Assembly (NCBI GenBank): GCA_002245135.1 | Contig: NGBS01001173.1 | Location: forward strand, 1-64,000 | Length of the DNA stretch: 64,000 nucleotides | Source: Proteromonas lacertae | Lineage: Eukaryota | Direction: 5' to 3' | Shown: positions 39,580-50,886 of the stretch, one piece after another | Layout of the letters: the number at the start of each line of letters is the position of its first letter | Position numbering within the stretch: the stretch's first letter is position 1 | Made by a program: the position numbers and the translations under genes | The notes under the pieces: model-generated | What the model saw: the letters and a program-made list of their open reading frames with translations, nothing else | Told to the model about the DNA's origin: nothing | Database searches by the model: none

Positions 39580-42500
39580 TTATGCAGTTTGTTTTTTCTC
39601 TTCTTCAATATCTATTTTTGTCTCTGGTTGAACTTTACTTGATGATTGTCTTCCTACTTTATTAGATGATTTCACATAGATTATAACTCCAACACCAGCT
39701 ATAATTATTATAACAATAATAACAATAAGTAATATTACCCACCAATTATCTTTAATCCAACTATTCTCATTACCTCCTCCGTCACTAAAGATATCATTAA
39801 AATCATCATCTCCTTTATTACCTTCAGTGCTAATTGAAATATCTGAGAATTTATTCTCTTTTACTACTTCTGTATCAGGATCGATCTTCACATTGTTAAC
39901 TGTTAATACTTCAACAACTCGTGTTTTTAATATATCGGATTGATCTAATAATTGTTGATTTAAATATAAGGCAGTGTTACTATCTTTAACTCCTAATACA
40001 TCTTCAATAAATGATGGACCAATTTCTATACTATCATCAACTATCTTATCAGTTAATACTTCTACATATGATAAAGGATTATTTACTCTCTTCCAGTTGA
40101 TTGGATAATCAGCTAACATTCTAATACTCTTTGCAGTTGATAATTCAGAATAATATTTCACATCAAAACTTATATTCTTTCCATCAACTGTCATTGTATA
40201 ACCAAATGGATTTCCTTCAATTATTGTCTCATAAAATGTTTTGTTAAAATCATCAACAAATTTATTATCCAAAGTGTTTGTTACTGTATTAAATGGAATT
40301 GTCATTGATAATGATGTACATGATTCTCCTAATGTTTCATTTCTTTTACAACATAATCCATCTTGATCTGGATTCTTACATTCACTATCTTCTTTTGGAT
40401 ATAATACTGCTATTGATTTTCTTAATCTTTCCAAATTATTGTCATTTCCATCTATTCCACCTACTCTTATTTCTACAAAAACATCTCTTTTATTACTTAC
40501 AATTGGTTCTAAGATAATATTATCGAATCTTGCTTCAAATGATCCATCAAGTGTCTGATTTATGTTTATACTCTTAAAATCAGTATGAGATACTGTTAAA
40601 TTAATTACAATTGGATAATTCATAATAGAATAATCACTTGGCATATAAAGATTAACAACAACAGTAAATGGTTCATTTGGTTTTATAAATTTAGGAAATA
40701 CACTGTTTATATTATCAAATGTTGGAATATAGTTGTCTTTTACTTCAAATTTCAACATATCAGAATAAGATTTATAATTATCACCTTCACATTTGATAGT
40801 ACATGTTGCAGTACCAATAGCAGTTGTTGTAACAGTAATTGTACCATTTTCATTGATTTTAGCTATGTTTGTATTACCATTACATTGCATTGAAAACTCT
40901 ACATCATCATATTTTTCAGAAGGTTTTATTTCTATTGGTTTATTATCACTCTTTTTGAATAAATATGATTTTGAATCATATGAGAATGTGGCAATCTCTG
41001 TACCTCCTTTTACTGTTGGTTTTGGTGGTTCAGTTCGAGGAGGGAAAGTTGGAGGAGATGTTGGTTTATAATCAGGTTCATATTTACATCCAGATTCTAG
41101 TTTTGGAGCTGTATTCATATCAACATAATAATACATATATTTATAATCATAACTAATACCACCACCATCCCAAGTTACTTCTACTGTATATCTTTCACCT
41201 ATCTTTAAATTCTCTATCTTATAACTAAAACCTTTCATTACATATTGATATACACCATCATAATTTACAGTATAATTCACTTCATCTCCAGCTTTATTCC
41301 AGATTTTCAACGTTATTGGAGTTGATAAACCATTGTGATGGAAACTGAAATCACCATGAATTAATTCTTTTAAGGCAATACCTGGAGGAGGATAAGCAAT
41401 GAAATTATCACTCAATTTTGACATGTCACGATATCTAAAATTACCAATTGTTTCATAATGATTTGTTTTTCCATCTGGTTGTGGATAAATCACTGTAGCA
41501 AATGTTGCTTTCAATAATGAATAATCAATAAATGTTCTTCTATTATCCATCGCCCAATCAGAGGTTGTTAAGAGGTTAAAGAATGAATCCATTAATGTTT
41601 CACCACTACTGAATTTACCAGTTTTATAACATTCATTACTTCCTATTTCAGTTTTATAACTATAATCACAATTTGTACTACACATTGTCTGATCAGGTAT
41701 AAGTTTAGGATATGCATAATGTAATATTGCATAACATCTATCAGACATATTGGCATATCTACTCATACTTTCATAATATCCATTTTCAACTTCACTTGAA
41801 CCAATCCATTTTCTTATCAAATTTAACATCTCATACATTACATCACCTACTATTGATCCTTTTCGATATTCATCAGCTACAATTTTCCAACCATTGTTAT
41901 ACACTGGTGTAGTTAATACATCATTAACATCAGATGGAAGTTTTTTCATTATGTTATTGTAAGTGCTTTTAAGTGTTTCATAATCATATGTATAACCACT
42001 ATGATTTGAAACTACTTCACAGTCAAATAAAGCATTATTAGATTGAACAGAACATTGAGTTGGTTCTCGAATTGATACTTTAGTATCAAGATTTACATAT
42101 ATCATTGTATAATTAAATACAAAGTCAGCTCCTAGATTCTTCCAACTTACTGTTATTGTATATTGTTTACCAATCATTGGCTCATAATTGAATTGCCATA
42201 ATATACATGGTAATGGTTGATTACTTGTTAAACCTTCTTTACTAGTTCGAATACTCACTTCACCTCCAAGAACATCAACTACTTTCACTTTCAAATTATC
42301 ATCTTTTATTTTATTATGATGAAAACTATTCCAATTTGTTAATTTTGGAGAGATATCTTTGATTACAAAACCAGGAGGAGGATATGTATAAAATGGACTT
42401 ATTCCTTGAACATCATTATTATAATCCATTATTCTTTGAACATAAAACGAGTTTTGACCTTTTTGTAAAGCTGAAATGGTTGTGGCATTAAGATAAGGAT

Positions 42501-43983
42501 ACATCATATATCTTCGATGACCAACCGATTTACTATCTTTATCTATCATCCAACCAGTAAATGCTTCTTCTATACTTCCATATCCTTGAGCTAAATTGGA
42601 TTCTTTCAAACATTTTACTCTTTCTTCACTGTAACATTTACCTTCGGTTGGTTCATGTTCCATTATTCCATTCACTAAACTGAAGATTCCACTTTCATCA
42701 CATTCAGTTTGATAATTAGCATTATATCCAATATCAGGAGCACCAATATAATATCGATAGAAGTTAAATACATCTAACCCACGACTTTGTAAACTACTCT
42801 CAGTTTCATGATTCATATCACATTCATCATTTTGACTTATCTTAGTTGGAGATGTTGAAGTTGATCCATATACAGATACATATCGGTTTAATAAATCACT
42901 TAAACTTCGCTTATATAATGGACTGTAAGATAATGTTCGACAATTGAATATACTTGTACCAGCTGCTTCTACTGGATTATAAGGTGGATTTGTAGCATCA
43001 CATTTCTCAATTGATAAATCTTCGATTTTAGTTGTATCATCAATTACAAAGAAACCATAAGTAAAATTGAATTTTTCATGTTTGTTTGTCCAATAAACAT
43101 TGATGGTATATTTCTCTTTTAATGTTAAATCAAATTTAAAACTAATACCAGGATTTACATAAGTATCATTTAATGGATCTAAACTCATTGAAAATTTTAC
43201 ATCTTCACCAGCTCGGTTTTTAACTGACATTTTTACATTTTCACTTATTTTGTAATGATGGAAACTCATTGGACCTTTTATATAATCCAAATTTGCATAA
43301 CCAGGAGGTGGATAAGCTATAAACCCTTCACTTTCCATACTTGTTCGACTTGTTGTAACAAATACATAATAAACATAATTATCTGGATTTGTGCCACCAA
43401 CTGCAGAGGTTACAAAGTCTTTCATACGGTAATCTAATAGCTTTCTTCGAGATACTAAGTGATTATCATCTTTGCTCTCCATTAATTCATCCACAATTCG
43501 GTAGATCAGCTTACCATCAGTATTATCTTTTCTTTGTTTTCGAACTTTGATTGAATCCATGAATAAATTTTGGTTCATCGTCCTGGCACATTTTTTACTT
43601 GAGTCATAATTCACATTAAACTTTGCGGTTGGATCATCGTTGGCATATAAGTATAAGCCTATAGGGTCTGATCTCACTGTTCCAACACAATCAAACATGG
43701 CTGGTGGAAGACCTACATAATTACGGTAACCATTGATGGCGTTTATAGCTACAAATTGATAGTCGTGGCTACTGTATGATATTATCTCACAGGTATTCAC
43801 ATTAACTTTACCATAAGGAGGGTAGGTTGTAGATCCTTGATATTTACTAACCATCTGCTTGAATTCTTTGAAACTTTTTGAATAAAGTTCATTAAAACTC
43901 ACTGGCTGACAGTCAAATAACGATGTTGCACCAATATCTTCACAGTAAACAACAACTAAGCACAAGAATAAGCTGAGTAACAT
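39580..43983 (-). CDS. Type I membrane protein, copy A: 3 x CAP/SCP-like repeats, Pro linker, Ig-like stalk, TM, short tail
   Basis: Signal peptide MLLSLFLCLVVVYC (likely start 43983, not 44106). Three repeats of about 310 aa, each with N.YR...G, an (H)RR..L motif and YPPPG. TM segment WWVILLIVIIV, tail of about 30 aa. Confidence 0.8.
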   Translation of the reverse strand: MLLSLFLCLVVVYCEDIGATSLFDCQPVSFNELYSKSFKEFKQMVSKYQGSTTYPPYGKVNVNTCEIISYSSHDYQFVAINAINGYRNYVGLPPAMFDCVGTVRSDPIGLYLYANDDPTAKFNVNYDSSKKCARTMNQNLFMDSIKVRKQRKDNTDGKLIYRIVDELMESKDDNHLVSRRKLLDYRMKDFVTSAVGGTNPDNYVYYVFVTTSRTSMESEGFIAYPPPGYANLDYIKGPMSFHHYKISENVKMSVKNRAGEDVKFSMSLDPLNDTYVNPGISFKFDLTLKEKYTINVYWTNKHEKFNFTYGFFVIDDTTKIEDLSIEKCDATNPPYNPVEAAGTSIFNCRTLSYSPLYKRSLSDLLNRYVSVYGSTSTSPTKISQNDECDMNHETESSLQSRGLDVFNFYRYYIGAPDIGYNANYQTECDESGIFSLVNGIMEHEPTEGKCYSEERVKCLKESNLAQGYGSIEEAFTGWMIDKDSKSVGHRRYMMYPYLNATTISALQKGQNSFYVQRIMDYNNDVQGISPFYTYPPPGFVIKDISPKLTNWNSFHHNKIKDDNLKVKVVDVLGGEVSIRTSKEGLTSNQPLPCILWQFNYEPMIGKQYTITVSWKNLGADFVFNYTMIYVNLDTKVSIREPTQCSVQSNNALFDCEVVSNHSGYTYDYETLKSTYNNIMKKLPSDVNDVLTTPVYNNGWKIVADEYRKGSIVGDVMYEMLNLIRKWIGSSEVENGYYESMSRYANMSDRCYAILHYAYPKLIPDQTMCSTNCDYSYKTEIGSNECYKTGKFSSGETLMDSFFNLLTTSDWAMDNRRTFIDYSLLKATFATVIYPQPDGKTNHYETIGNFRYRDMSKLSDNFIAYPPPGIALKELIHGDFSFHHNGLSTPITLKIWNKAGDEVNYTVNYDGVYQYVMKGFSYKIENLKIGERYTVEVTWDGGGISYDYKYMYYYVDMNTAPKLESGCKYEPDYKPTSPPTFPPRTEPPKPTVKGGTEIATFSYDSKSYLFKKSDNKPIEIKPSEKYDDVEFSMQCNGNTNIAKINENGTITVTTTAIGTATCTIKCEGDNYKSYSDMLKFEVKDNYIPTFDNINSVFPKFIKPNEPFTVVVNLYMPSDYSIMNYPIVINLTVSHTDFKSININQTLDGSFEARFDNIILEPIVSNKRDVFVEIRVGGIDGNDNNLERLRKSIAVLYPKEDSECKNPDQDGLCCKRNETLGESCTSLSMTIPFNTVTNTLDNKFVDDFNKTFYETIIEGNPFGYTMTVDGKNISFDVKYYSELSTAKSIRMLADYPINWKRVNNPLSYVEVLTDKIVDDSIEIGPSFIEDVLGVKDSNTALYLNQQLLDQSDILKTRVVEVLTVNNVKIDPDTEVVKENKFSDISISTEGNKGDDDFNDIFSDGGGNENSWIKDNWWVILLIVIIVIIIIAGVGVIIYVKSSNKVGRQSSSKVQPETKIDIEEEKKQTA

Positions 43984-44345
43984 AATAAAACTATGTAACT
44001 GAAATGCACAATAAAGAATTCTAAAGAATTTTATAGAATTTCTCGTAACTGACAAGAAATATAACTGATATGTGAATGAAAAATGGATTTTCAGGCAATT
44101 ACACACATATATATTTAATAAAAATAATAGATAAAAACACTACAATCTTCTCATCTTCTATAAAAACACTCTCTTATATAGATTTCATGAATATTCTTAT
44201 TATGGAGATATATATTTATGTTTATTGTAGGTTATTTATGCTGTTAAATCTTCATTTTATCTTTACATAAAATACATCAGATTATTATTATTATTGTGTG
44301 TTTTATTCCACTGTCATGCTATTTGCTAATGATGATTAATTTTAG
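41010..44345 (-). repeat. Inner inverted-repeat arm, left (pairs with about 45342-48678)
   Basis: Proteins are identical up to PPKPTV. Nucleotide match extends about 290 nt upstream of the ATG, then decays. Confidence 0.95.
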
Positions 44346-45341
44346 ATTATTCACTATTAAATTACCAAAATAATTTGAATTATGTATATTCTTCTAAAAA
44401 TAAAATATTTCATCATATTGTTTGATAGTTCTTTTCTAGTGAATTTAAATACAAACCTTTATAGTTACAAAAGCAGCAAACTATTACAAAATCTATATAT
44501 ATAATAAAATACCAGTATTGAGCTATGTATGAATTACTTCATCGAATTGAATAATAACCAGATTTTCTAGTTTATACCTAAATCACTGTAAAAAAGTCAA
44601 CAGTATGATTATTTTATTCATCAGGTAAATCAATGTTACATTATTCCAAATCTAAAGTTAATAAAGTATATATTAAACATAGCAAGAGAAATTCATATAT
44701 ATAATTTCATTCAAGCTTGAGAATAACAAGCTTTTTATTTAAAAATTAAAATAATCAATAAATTCAAATTATCAGATTGGAATATATATATATTATCTTT
44801 ATTTATGCGCTATTTAGACAGAAGAGAGATAAATGAACGAGAATTTTATTTTAGTATAAATATTAACGAAATGGCATTGTTATTGCAGTTAGTGCCTTGA
44901 TCTTGACATATTTAACAGATGTGATTTATAGTTATTCTAAATGTGAGTTTAATTCTAAATTTTTAACAACTATTAGGAATATGCCGTTGTAAAAATTTAG
45001 TTTGTGGTAATTATTAAAGTAAGTATATATATATTTAATATAGTAGCTTTAGATTTACTTACAACATATTTCATCTATTTTTTATTTAGAAACAATAGAA
45101 AATCCTTGATTTATTTACTCAATAAAGACTAATACAAATACCAAAATCTGTAAGGCCTAAAGTGATAAATATTGATATAATATTTGTAAAAATGAAGCTA
45201 TAAATTTAATAATAAATATTGTTACTTCATATAAATATTGTGAATCAATATATGTTGTACAAATGATCATTGTATCATAATTGAGATGATGATATTGATA
45301 GCTGAAGTTGAGAAATATTTGAATTTCATATTAAATCGAAG

Positions 45342-48300
45342 ATCAAAATTAATAATCATTAGCAAATAATATAACAGTAGAATAAAACAAATAATTATGA
45401 TAATAATATTATATGTTTTATGTAAAGATAAAAATGAAGATTTAACAGCATAAATAACCACAATAAACATAAATATATATCTCCATAATAAGAATATTCA
45501 TGAAATCTATATAAGAGAGTGTTTTTATAGAAGATGAGAAGATTGTAGTGTTTTTATCTATTATTTTTATTAAATATATATGTGTGTAATTGCCTGAAAA
45601 TCCATTTTTCATTCACATATCAGTTATATTTCTTGTCAGTTACGAGAAATTCTATAAAATTCTTTAGAATTCTTTATTGTGCATTTCAGTTACATAGTTT
45701 TATTATGTTACTCAGCTTATTCTTGTGCTTAGTTGTTGTTTACTGTGAAGATATTGGTGCAACATCGTTATTTGACTGTCAGCCAGTGAGTTTTAATGAA
45801 CTTTATTCAAAAAGTTTCAAAGAATTCAAGCAGATGGTTAGTAAATATCAAGGATCTACAACCTACCCTCCTTATGGTAAAGTTAATGTGAATACCTGTG
45901 AGATAATATCATACAGTAGCCACGACTATCAATTTGTAGCTATAAACGCCATCAATGGTTACCGTAATTATGTAGGTCTTCCACCAGCCATGTTTGATTG
46001 TGTTGGAACAGTGAGATCAGACCCTATAGGCTTATACTTATATGCCAACGATGATCCAACCGCAAAGTTTAATGTGAATTATGACTCAAGTAAAAAATGT
46101 GCCAGGACGATGAACCAAAATTTATTCATGGATTCAATCAAAGTTCGAAAACAAAGAAAAGATAATACTGATGGTAAGCTGATCTACCGAATTGTGGATG
46201 AATTAATGGAGAGCAAAGATGATAATCACTTAGTATCTCGAAGAAAGCTATTAGATTACCGTATGAAAGACTTTGTAACCTCTGCAGTTGGTGGCACAAA
46301 TCCAGATAATTATGTTTATTATGTATTTGTTACAACAAGTCGAACAAGTATGGAAAGTGAAGGGTTTATAGCTTATCCACCTCCTGGTTATGCAAATTTG
46401 GATTATATAAAAGGTCCAATGAGTTTCCATCATTACAAAATAAGTGAAAATGTAAAAATGTCAGTTAAAAACCGAGCTGGTGAAGATGTAAAATTTTCAA
46501 TGAGTTTAGATCCATTAAATGATACTTATGTAAATCCTGGTATTAGTTTTAAATTTGATTTAACATTAAAAGAGAAATATACCATCAATGTTTATTGGAC
46601 AAACAAACATGAAAAATTCAATTTTACTTATGGTTTCTTTGTAATTGATGATACAACTAAAATCGAAGATTTATCAATTGAGAAATGTGATGCTACAAAT
46701 CCACCTTATAATCCAGTAGAAGCAGCTGGTACAAGTATATTCAATTGTCGAACATTATCTTACAGTCCATTATATAAGCGAAGTTTAAGTGATTTATTAA
46801 ACCGATATGTATCTGTATATGGATCAACTTCAACATCTCCAACTAAGATAAGTCAAAATGATGAATGTGATATGAATCATGAAACTGAGAGTAGTTTACA
46901 AAGTCGTGGGTTAGATGTATTTAACTTCTATCGATATTATATTGGTGCTCCTGATATTGGATATAATGCTAATTATCAAACTGAATGTGATGAAAGTGGA
47001 ATCTTCAGTTTAGTGAATGGAATAATGGAACATGAACCAACCGAAGGTAAATGTTACAGTGAAGAAAGAGTAAAATGTTTGAAAGAATCCAATTTAGCTC
47101 AAGGATATGGAAGTATAGAAGAAGCATTTACTGGTTGGATGATAGATAAAGATAGTAAATCGGTTGGTCATCGAAGATATATGATGTATCCTTATCTTAA
47201 TGCCACAACCATTTCAGCTTTACAAAAAGGTCAAAACTCGTTTTATGTTCAAAGAATAATGGATTATAATAATGATGTTCAAGGAATAAGTCCATTTTAT
47301 ACATATCCTCCTCCTGGTTTTGTAATCAAAGATATCTCTCCAAAATTAACAAATTGGAATAGTTTTCATCATAATAAAATAAAAGATGATAATTTGAAAG
47401 TGAAAGTAGTTGATGTTCTTGGAGGTGAAGTGAGTATTCGAACTAGTAAAGAAGGTTTAACAAGTAATCAACCATTACCATGTATATTATGGCAATTCAA
47501 TTATGAGCCAATGATTGGTAAACAATATACAATAACAGTAAGTTGGAAGAATCTAGGAGCTGACTTTGTATTTAATTATACAATGATATATGTAAATCTT
47601 GATACTAAAGTATCAATTCGAGAACCAACTCAATGTTCTGTTCAATCTAATAATGCTTTATTTGACTGTGAAGTAGTTTCAAATCATAGTGGTTATACAT
47701 ATGATTATGAAACACTTAAAAGCACTTACAATAACATAATGAAAAAACTTCCATCTGATGTTAATGATGTATTAACTACACCAGTGTATAACAATGGTTG
47801 GAAAATTGTAGCTGATGAATATCGAAAAGGATCAATAGTAGGTGATGTAATGTATGAGATGTTAAATTTGATAAGAAAATGGATTGGTTCAAGTGAAGTT
47901 GAAAATGGATATTATGAAAGTATGAGTAGATATGCCAATATGTCTGATAGATGTTATGCAATATTACATTATGCATATCCTAAACTTATACCTGATCAGA
48001 CAATGTGTAGTACAAATTGTGATTATAGTTATAAAACTGAAATAGGAAGTAATGAATGTTATAAAACTGGTAAATTCAGTAGTGGTGAAACATTAATGGA
48101 TTCATTCTTTAACCTCTTAACAACCTCTGATTGGGCGATGGATAATAGAAGAACATTTATTGATTATTCATTATTGAAAGCAACATTTGCTACAGTGATT
48201 TATCCACAACCAGATGGAAAAACAAATCATTATGAAACAATTGGTAATTTTAGATATCGTGACATGTCAAAATTGAGTGATAATTTCATTGCTTATCCTC

Positions 48301-48678
48301 CTCCAGGTATTGCCTTAAAAGAATTAATTCATGGTGATTTCAGTTTCCATCACAATGGTTTATCAACTCCAATAACGTTGAAAATCTGGAATAAAGCTGG
48401 AGATGAAGTGAATTATACTGTAAATTATGATGGTGTATATCAATATGTAATGAAAGGTTTTAGTTATAAGATAGAGAATTTAAAGATAGGTGAAAGATAT
48501 ACAGTAGAAGTAACTTGGGATGGTGGTGGTATTAGTTATGATTATAAATATATGTATTATTATGTTGATATGAATACAGCTCCAAAACTAGAATCTGGAT
48601 GTAAATATGAACCTGATTATAAACCAACATCTCCTCCAACTTTCCCTCCTCGAACTGAACCACCAAAACCAACAGTAA
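45342..48678 (+). repeat. Inner inverted-repeat arm, right
   Basis: Reverse complement of 41010-44345. Confidence 0.95.
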
Positions 48679-50708
48679 CAGGAGGAAAACAATTAGCATT
48701 ATTTTCTTACGATTCAAAATCATATTTATTCAAAAAGAGTGATAATAAACCAATAGAAATAAAACCTTCTGAAAAAAGTGATAATACTAAATTCACTATC
48801 ACATGTACTGGTAATACAAACATAGCTAAAATCAATGAAAATGGTACAATTACTGTTACAACAACTGCTATTGGTACTGCAACATGTACTATCAAATGTG
48901 AAGGAGATGATTATGGATCTTATTCTGATATGTTAAAATTTGAAGTAAAAGAAAAAATTTTACCAACATTTGATAATATAAACAGTGTATTTCCTAAATT
49001 TATAAAACCAAATGAAGAATTCAGTGTTACTATAAGGTTGAATATGCCAAGCGATTATTCTATTATGAAATATCCTTACGATATTAGCTTGACAATATCT
49101 AATGCTAATTTTAGTAGTATAAGCTTGACAGAATTGATTCAGTCAAATGATAATGAAATAGCAATTGAAGCAAAATTCGCTAATATTGTATTAAAACCAA
49201 AAGGAAGCAATAATCAAGATCTTTATGTTGATATTCAAGTTGATGGAGTTGATAATGAAAAAAGTAATTTGCAAGGATTAAGAAAATCAATAGCAGTACT
49301 ATTTTCAAATGAATGTAAGAATCCAGATCAAGATGGATTATGTTGTAAAAGAAATGAAACATTAGGAGAATCATGTACATCATTATCAATGACAATTCCA
49401 TTTACTACAGATTTGGATAACAAATTTAGAAATGACTTTAACAAGGCATTTTATGAGACAATAATTAAAGGAAATCCATTCAGACATATAATGACAGTTG
49501 AAGGAAAGAAAAATATAAAATTTAGTGTAAAGTATTATTCAAATTTGACAGAATCAAGTAATAATAGATTATTAGCTGATTATCCTATCAATTGGGCTGA
49601 AGTTAAGAATCCTTTAGCATATGCAGAAGTATTAACTAACAAAATGGTTGATGATAGTATAGAAATTGGTTCTACATTTGTTAAAGATGTATTAGGTGTT
49701 GAAGATGATAATACAATCTTTTTATTAAATCAACATTTAGCAGATCAATCAGAAACATTAAAAACTAGAGTTGTTGAAGTGTTAGCAGTTAATGAAGTAA
49801 TGATTGATCCAGCTGTTGAAATTGTTAATGATAATAAATTCGTTCAAATTGACGGTAATAGTGGTGATAATGATTTTAATAGTGGAGGTGATGGAGGTGA
49901 TAGCGGCGGAGATGGAAGTGGAGGTGATGGTGATGGTGGTAATAATGGAGAGGATAAAGGTAGTAGTAAGAGTAACAGTAATTGGGTTAAAGATAATTGG
50001 TGGGTGATTCTGATCATATGTATTGCTGTTGTATTAGTTATAGCAATAATTGGTGTAGTGATATATGCAACTTCATTCAAAAAAGAAAGTAGCAGTAAAA
50101 ATATTAAAGCACTTTCAAATAAAAACATGAAAGAAACCAAAATTACAATAGATCAAGTTGTAGAAGAACAAGGAGTAAATGAAAAAGACATTTATAAACC
50201 ATTTACTAGTGCAGTTGTTCATGAAGGTTATTTAACAGTAAATGGTAATAAGAGATATTGTGTTATTACATTTGAACCTGCTTTATTTAGAACATATGAT
50301 ACAATGGTAGTAAGTAGTTATGGAAATGTTTACTTAGGTGAAGAATATATTATCTCACTTAGTTGTTGTAGTGGTGTTCTATATAAAGAAAATTCTAATG
50401 AATTTGTTATTAATATGAAAGTTAAAGATAAGAAAGTAAAATGTATTGAAGCTGGAGATGTTGATATGAATATGAACATAAAGAGCTGTGGTAATAATAA
50501 TAATAATTCAATTGAAGATATTAAGAAATGGGTTGAATCATTTAGAGATTTTACTCATCAAGTTCCTCATGTAGTGAATGCTTGGACTTCATCAACTGCT
50601 TTGATATATGATAAAGATGGTAAACTAACTTCACCCAAGAGTCAAACCATTGAACAAGCTGTTGAAAGAGCAAAGCAGAGAAAAGGGATGATTAATTCAA
50701 AAGTATAA
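45705..50708 (+). CDS. Type I membrane protein, copy B: same 3 x CAP/SCP-like ectodomain, diverged stalk, GGDG linker, TM, cytoplasmic PH-like domain
   Basis: Likely start 45705. TM at about 49998-50070. Tail of about 210 aa with VVHEGYLTV..KRYCVI...IKKWVESF, the pattern of a PH domain. Confidence 0.8.
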   Translation: MLLSLFLCLVVVYCEDIGATSLFDCQPVSFNELYSKSFKEFKQMVSKYQGSTTYPPYGKVNVNTCEIISYSSHDYQFVAINAINGYRNYVGLPPAMFDCVGTVRSDPIGLYLYANDDPTAKFNVNYDSSKKCARTMNQNLFMDSIKVRKQRKDNTDGKLIYRIVDELMESKDDNHLVSRRKLLDYRMKDFVTSAVGGTNPDNYVYYVFVTTSRTSMESEGFIAYPPPGYANLDYIKGPMSFHHYKISENVKMSVKNRAGEDVKFSMSLDPLNDTYVNPGISFKFDLTLKEKYTINVYWTNKHEKFNFTYGFFVIDDTTKIEDLSIEKCDATNPPYNPVEAAGTSIFNCRTLSYSPLYKRSLSDLLNRYVSVYGSTSTSPTKISQNDECDMNHETESSLQSRGLDVFNFYRYYIGAPDIGYNANYQTECDESGIFSLVNGIMEHEPTEGKCYSEERVKCLKESNLAQGYGSIEEAFTGWMIDKDSKSVGHRRYMMYPYLNATTISALQKGQNSFYVQRIMDYNNDVQGISPFYTYPPPGFVIKDISPKLTNWNSFHHNKIKDDNLKVKVVDVLGGEVSIRTSKEGLTSNQPLPCILWQFNYEPMIGKQYTITVSWKNLGADFVFNYTMIYVNLDTKVSIREPTQCSVQSNNALFDCEVVSNHSGYTYDYETLKSTYNNIMKKLPSDVNDVLTTPVYNNGWKIVADEYRKGSIVGDVMYEMLNLIRKWIGSSEVENGYYESMSRYANMSDRCYAILHYAYPKLIPDQTMCSTNCDYSYKTEIGSNECYKTGKFSSGETLMDSFFNLLTTSDWAMDNRRTFIDYSLLKATFATVIYPQPDGKTNHYETIGNFRYRDMSKLSDNFIAYPPPGIALKELIHGDFSFHHNGLSTPITLKIWNKAGDEVNYTVNYDGVYQYVMKGFSYKIENLKIGERYTVEVTWDGGGISYDYKYMYYYVDMNTAPKLESGCKYEPDYKPTSPPTFPPRTEPPKPTVTGGKQLALFSYDSKSYLFKKSDNKPIEIKPSEKSDNTKFTITCTGNTNIAKINENGTITVTTTAIGTATCTIKCEGDDYGSYSDMLKFEVKEKILPTFDNINSVFPKFIKPNEEFSVTIRLNMPSDYSIMKYPYDISLTISNANFSSISLTELIQSNDNEIAIEAKFANIVLKPKGSNNQDLYVDIQVDGVDNEKSNLQGLRKSIAVLFSNECKNPDQDGLCCKRNETLGESCTSLSMTIPFTTDLDNKFRNDFNKAFYETIIKGNPFRHIMTVEGKKNIKFSVKYYSNLTESSNNRLLADYPINWAEVKNPLAYAEVLTNKMVDDSIEIGSTFVKDVLGVEDDNTIFLLNQHLADQSETLKTRVVEVLAVNEVMIDPAVEIVNDNKFVQIDGNSGDNDFNSGGDGGDSGGDGSGGDGDGGNNGEDKGSSKSNSNWVKDNWWVILIICIAVVLVIAIIGVVIYATSFKKESSSKNIKALSNKNMKETKITIDQVVEEQGVNEKDIYKPFTSAVVHEGYLTVNGNKRYCVITFEPALFRTYDTMVVSSYGNVYLGEEYIISLSCCSGVLYKENSNEFVINMKVKDKKVKCIEAGDVDMNMNIKSCGNNNNNSIEDIKKWVESFRDFTHQVPHVVNAWTSSTALIYDKDGKLTSPKSQTIEQAVERAKQRKGMINSKV

Positions 50709-50886
50709 GAAAATGTGATAACTCGATTTTATTATTATTATTATCGTGTTATGTTTTTATAAATGTATTTATTGATATAAGGGTATAATGATTTTTTAAA
50801 TGGAATAATAAATTTACTTAACATATATGTATGTACGGCTTATAAAAGCACTTTCAACACATAAAATTAAACGACTCTATTTATAG

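Noticed and set aside
43984..44106. 41-aa N-terminal extension (MCNCLKIHF...) of the CAP proteins in the ORF track
   Set aside because: Begins at a non-ATG codon. The downstream ATG gives a clean signal peptide.
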